Below, in pieces: positions 61,965 through 64,000 of a DNA stretch of 64,000 nt; position 1 is the stretch's first letter; each line of letters opens with the position of its first letter. Both the position numbers and the translations under genes were made by a program. This DNA is from Lachnoclostridium sp. UBA7215. Lineage in GTDB: Bacteria > Bacillota > Clostridia > Lachnospirales > Lachnospiraceae. Location: positions 15,602 to 79,601 of the forward strand of contig DKUB01000061.1 of NCBI GenBank assembly GCA_002490465.1. The letters run 5' to 3'. A model generated the notes under the pieces. It was not told the origin of the DNA. It saw only the letters and a program-made list of their open reading frames with translations, and ran no database searches.

Positions 61965-63047
61965 TCACAAAAGCTTATCCCGAAAATACCAAAAAGCCGC
62001 CGGTATCGCATACTTCTCTCTGAGCTCTCCCCTTTTCGCCCACACAATTCCCTGTATCATATCTTCCGGAAAATCCCGTGACACTTCGATAAGATAACCT
62101 GACATATGCCACTCTACATGGGAAAATATATGCTTTGCACAGCCAAGCTCTTTTATCTGAAACGAATGTAAGCCCTGAACAGACAGCCACTCTTTTAATT
62201 CTCCCGGGGTTTTTGCCCCTTCTATGGATGGAAATTCCCACATTCCGGCCAGCAGTCCCTGTTCCCCCCGCTTTGCCAGACCAACCCGTCCCTCTCTCTC
62301 AAAAAGGAGGACCGTCCGCTCTTCGATTCGTCTTGCTCTCTTCTCCTTTTTCACCGGCAAATCACTCTCATGCCCGGCAAGATGTCCCTCGCATAAATGG
62401 CGCAGCGGACATTCCACGCAGAAAGGAGTTCCATTCGGGATGCATACGGTCTCTCCCAGTTCCATAATCCCCTGGTTAAACTCTCCGGGACAGTTTTTTG
62501 GTATGACCGCCATAACAGAGCGTTCCACTTTTCTGCGGACTGCCTGACGCATAATGTCCTCCCGGCAGTCCAGGCAGCGCATAAAAACCCGCATAACATT
62601 CCCGTCAACGGCCGGTGCAGAAATCCCATAGGCAATAGACGCGATAGCTCCCGCTGTATAATTTCCTATTCCCGGCAGTTTCAGCAGCAAACCGTAGTCT
62701 GCCGGAAGTTTCCCCTCATACCTCTCTACCATAATCATGGCAGCCCTCTTCAGATTTTTCGCGCGGTTGTAATACCCTAATCCCTCCCAGAGCTTCAGCA
62801 ATTCCTCCTCCGGTACATCTGCCAGCGCTTCCACATCCGGAAGTCTTTGAATAAATCGGCTGTAATACGCTTTTACTGCTTCAATCCTTGTCTGCTGCAG
62901 CATAATCTCCGAAACCCACACATGATACGGCGTTGGCTCATCCCGCCATGGCATACTCCTTTTATTGTCCCGGTACCACTGACAGAGCGGCTGTACAAAC
63001 ACCCTCAAATCAAATATATCCTCCACGGTTCTGTCACCCTCTGCCAA
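61965..63047 (-). CDS. mutY: A/G-specific adenine glycosylase
   Basis: WVSEIMLQQT, WEGLGYY, LPGIGNYTAGA, VDGNV, FeS cysteines. Confidence 0.96.
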   Translation of the reverse strand: MAEGDRTVEDIFDLRVFVQPLCQWYRDNKRSMPWRDEPTPYHVWVSEIMLQQTRIEAVKAYYSRFIQRLPDVEALADVPEEELLKLWEGLGYYNRAKNLKRAAMIMVERYEGKLPADYGLLLKLPGIGNYTAGAIASIAYGISAPAVDGNVMRVFMRCLDCREDIMRQAVRRKVERSVMAVIPKNCPGEFNQGIMELGETVCIPNGTPFCVECPLRHLCEGHLAGHESDLPVKKEKRARRIEERTVLLFEREGRVGLAKRGEQGLLAGMWEFPSIEGAKTPGELKEWLSVQGLHSFQIKELGCAKHIFSHVEWHMSGYLIEVSRDFPEDMIQGIVWAKRGELREKYAIPAAFWYFRDKLL

Positions 63048-63792
63048 TCTCTATCTTGCCACGGGAAAGCTCTACATACATTTCTATTTCTCCCCTGTCC
63101 ATATGTGTAAATTCACAGAGTTCCTCCAGTGTGGCAATTCTGCCGTATTCCTCAGCCAGAGTGCGGGTTGCCTCCAGCAGCAGGTTGACACGCGCCAGAA
63201 CCAGGTTATCGGAATCCAGCCCGGAAATCTCTTCATCCACAATTTCAATAAGCCGGCTCTTTACCGCATGGTCAATAACTCTTTTGATATCGTCCACTTC
63301 CCGGTTGCCACAGAGCATTGACACACAGGTCATTAGCTCCAGATTGCCCTCCTGAATTAAGTCCTCTAACGGCACTCCCCTTCCCCGGTAACGTCCGGCA
63401 AGTGTCAGAACACGCCCGAGATGCGCTTCCACAACCTTTCCTGTCACTTCCTCCTCACCGTTTTTGAGCCTCTCATGGAGAAGCTCCAGTTCCTCCGGCG
63501 TATAAGGGGGGAGCTCACGCAATTCCTTTCGGTAAATACGCAGATATTTAGAATCCTCCGCACTTCCCTTTTTCTCCTCACCACCCTCTTTCTCCGGTGA
63601 GGAAGCCTTAACATAACCTGGTATCTGAATACGGTGTTCTGACAAAAAGGCGTACACCAGCTCTAATTGTTCTTCCGTCAGGGATAGATCCTCACAATAA
63701 TCACGAACCTCATCTTTTGTAAGAACATTTTCTTTCGCCCTTCCAAACTCTACCAATTCCATCATCTGGTGTAAAAACTCTCTCTGCTCCAT
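63034..63792 (-). CDS. Sigma-70-like protein with regions 1.1/1.2/2/3 but no region 4
   Basis: YLRIYRKEL, VEAHLGRVLTLAGRYRGRGVPLEDLIQEGN, LAEEYGRIATLEEL; ORF ends shortly after region 3. Confidence 0.75.
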   Translation of the reverse strand: MEQREFLHQMMELVEFGRAKENVLTKDEVRDYCEDLSLTEEQLELVYAFLSEHRIQIPGYVKASSPEKEGGEEKKGSAEDSKYLRIYRKELRELPPYTPEELELLHERLKNGEEEVTGKVVEAHLGRVLTLAGRYRGRGVPLEDLIQEGNLELMTCVSMLCGNREVDDIKRVIDHAVKSRLIEIVDEEISGLDSDNLVLARVNLLLEATRTLAEEYGRIATLEELCEFTHMDRGEIEMYVELSRGKIEIGRG

Positions 63793-63817
63793 ACATTCTC
63801 CATTCTTAACCAACCGG

Positions 63818-64000
63818 CTATTTCACTGCACTCTCATAGATACGGGTCACATCATCCCTCGACAATTTCACAAAATTGCCCTCTGTCTCTTTTGCCCTGA
63901 ACAGCTTGTCTACCATAAGAGGAATATCTTCTTTTTTGGCGCCGATTTCTTCAAAGGATGACGGCATTCCCAAATCTCTTAGAAATTGCTCAAATGCTTC
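63818..64000 (-). CDS. C-terminus of an iron-containing alcohol (butanol) dehydrogenase (partial)
   Basis: Manual translation EAFEQFLRDLGMPSSFEEIGAKKEDIPLMV...GNFVKLSRDDVTRIY. Confidence 0.7.
   Translation of the reverse strand, partial: EAFEQFLRDLGMPSSFEEIGAKKEDIPLMVDKLFRAKETEGNFVKLSRDDVTRIYESAVK

Overview
A 64 kb chromosomal window from a Firmicute, most likely a spore-forming, motile Lachnospiraceae (inferred from gene content and order), with most genes on the minus strand. Most of it is housekeeping: trkAH, metY, leuB-ilvD-ilvB-serC-serA-folC, fakA/Asp23/rpmB, ytfJ, a double GT-C glycosyltransferase, corA, an acyl-CoA dehydratase activase, ung-hisFH, cheV, a two-component system, leuCD, dut, nrdG and mutY. 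The main accessory region is ~9.3-18.9 kb and is visibly AT-richer at ~12.5-16.6 kb. In transcription order it holds an orphan Rpn C-terminal mini-gene, an ECF sigma/anti-sigma pair, a small secreted protein, a secreted subtilase fused to a C-terminal Zn-phospholipase C/P1-nuclease-like domain, an LRR lipoprotein, relics of an RlpA-like DPBB protein and a lipoprotein, and a MacB/FtsX-type ABC exporter. The subtilase fusion plus LRR lipoprotein is the best candidate for an undescribed system: a self-processing secreted toxin with an immunity partner. Non-coding features include a ~340 bp long-hairpin MITE-like insertion with a 10-11 bp target duplication upstream of leuB, a dispersed two-hairpin REP-like repeat family, and several structured leaders. 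All calls come from reading motifs by eye; no database searches were run.
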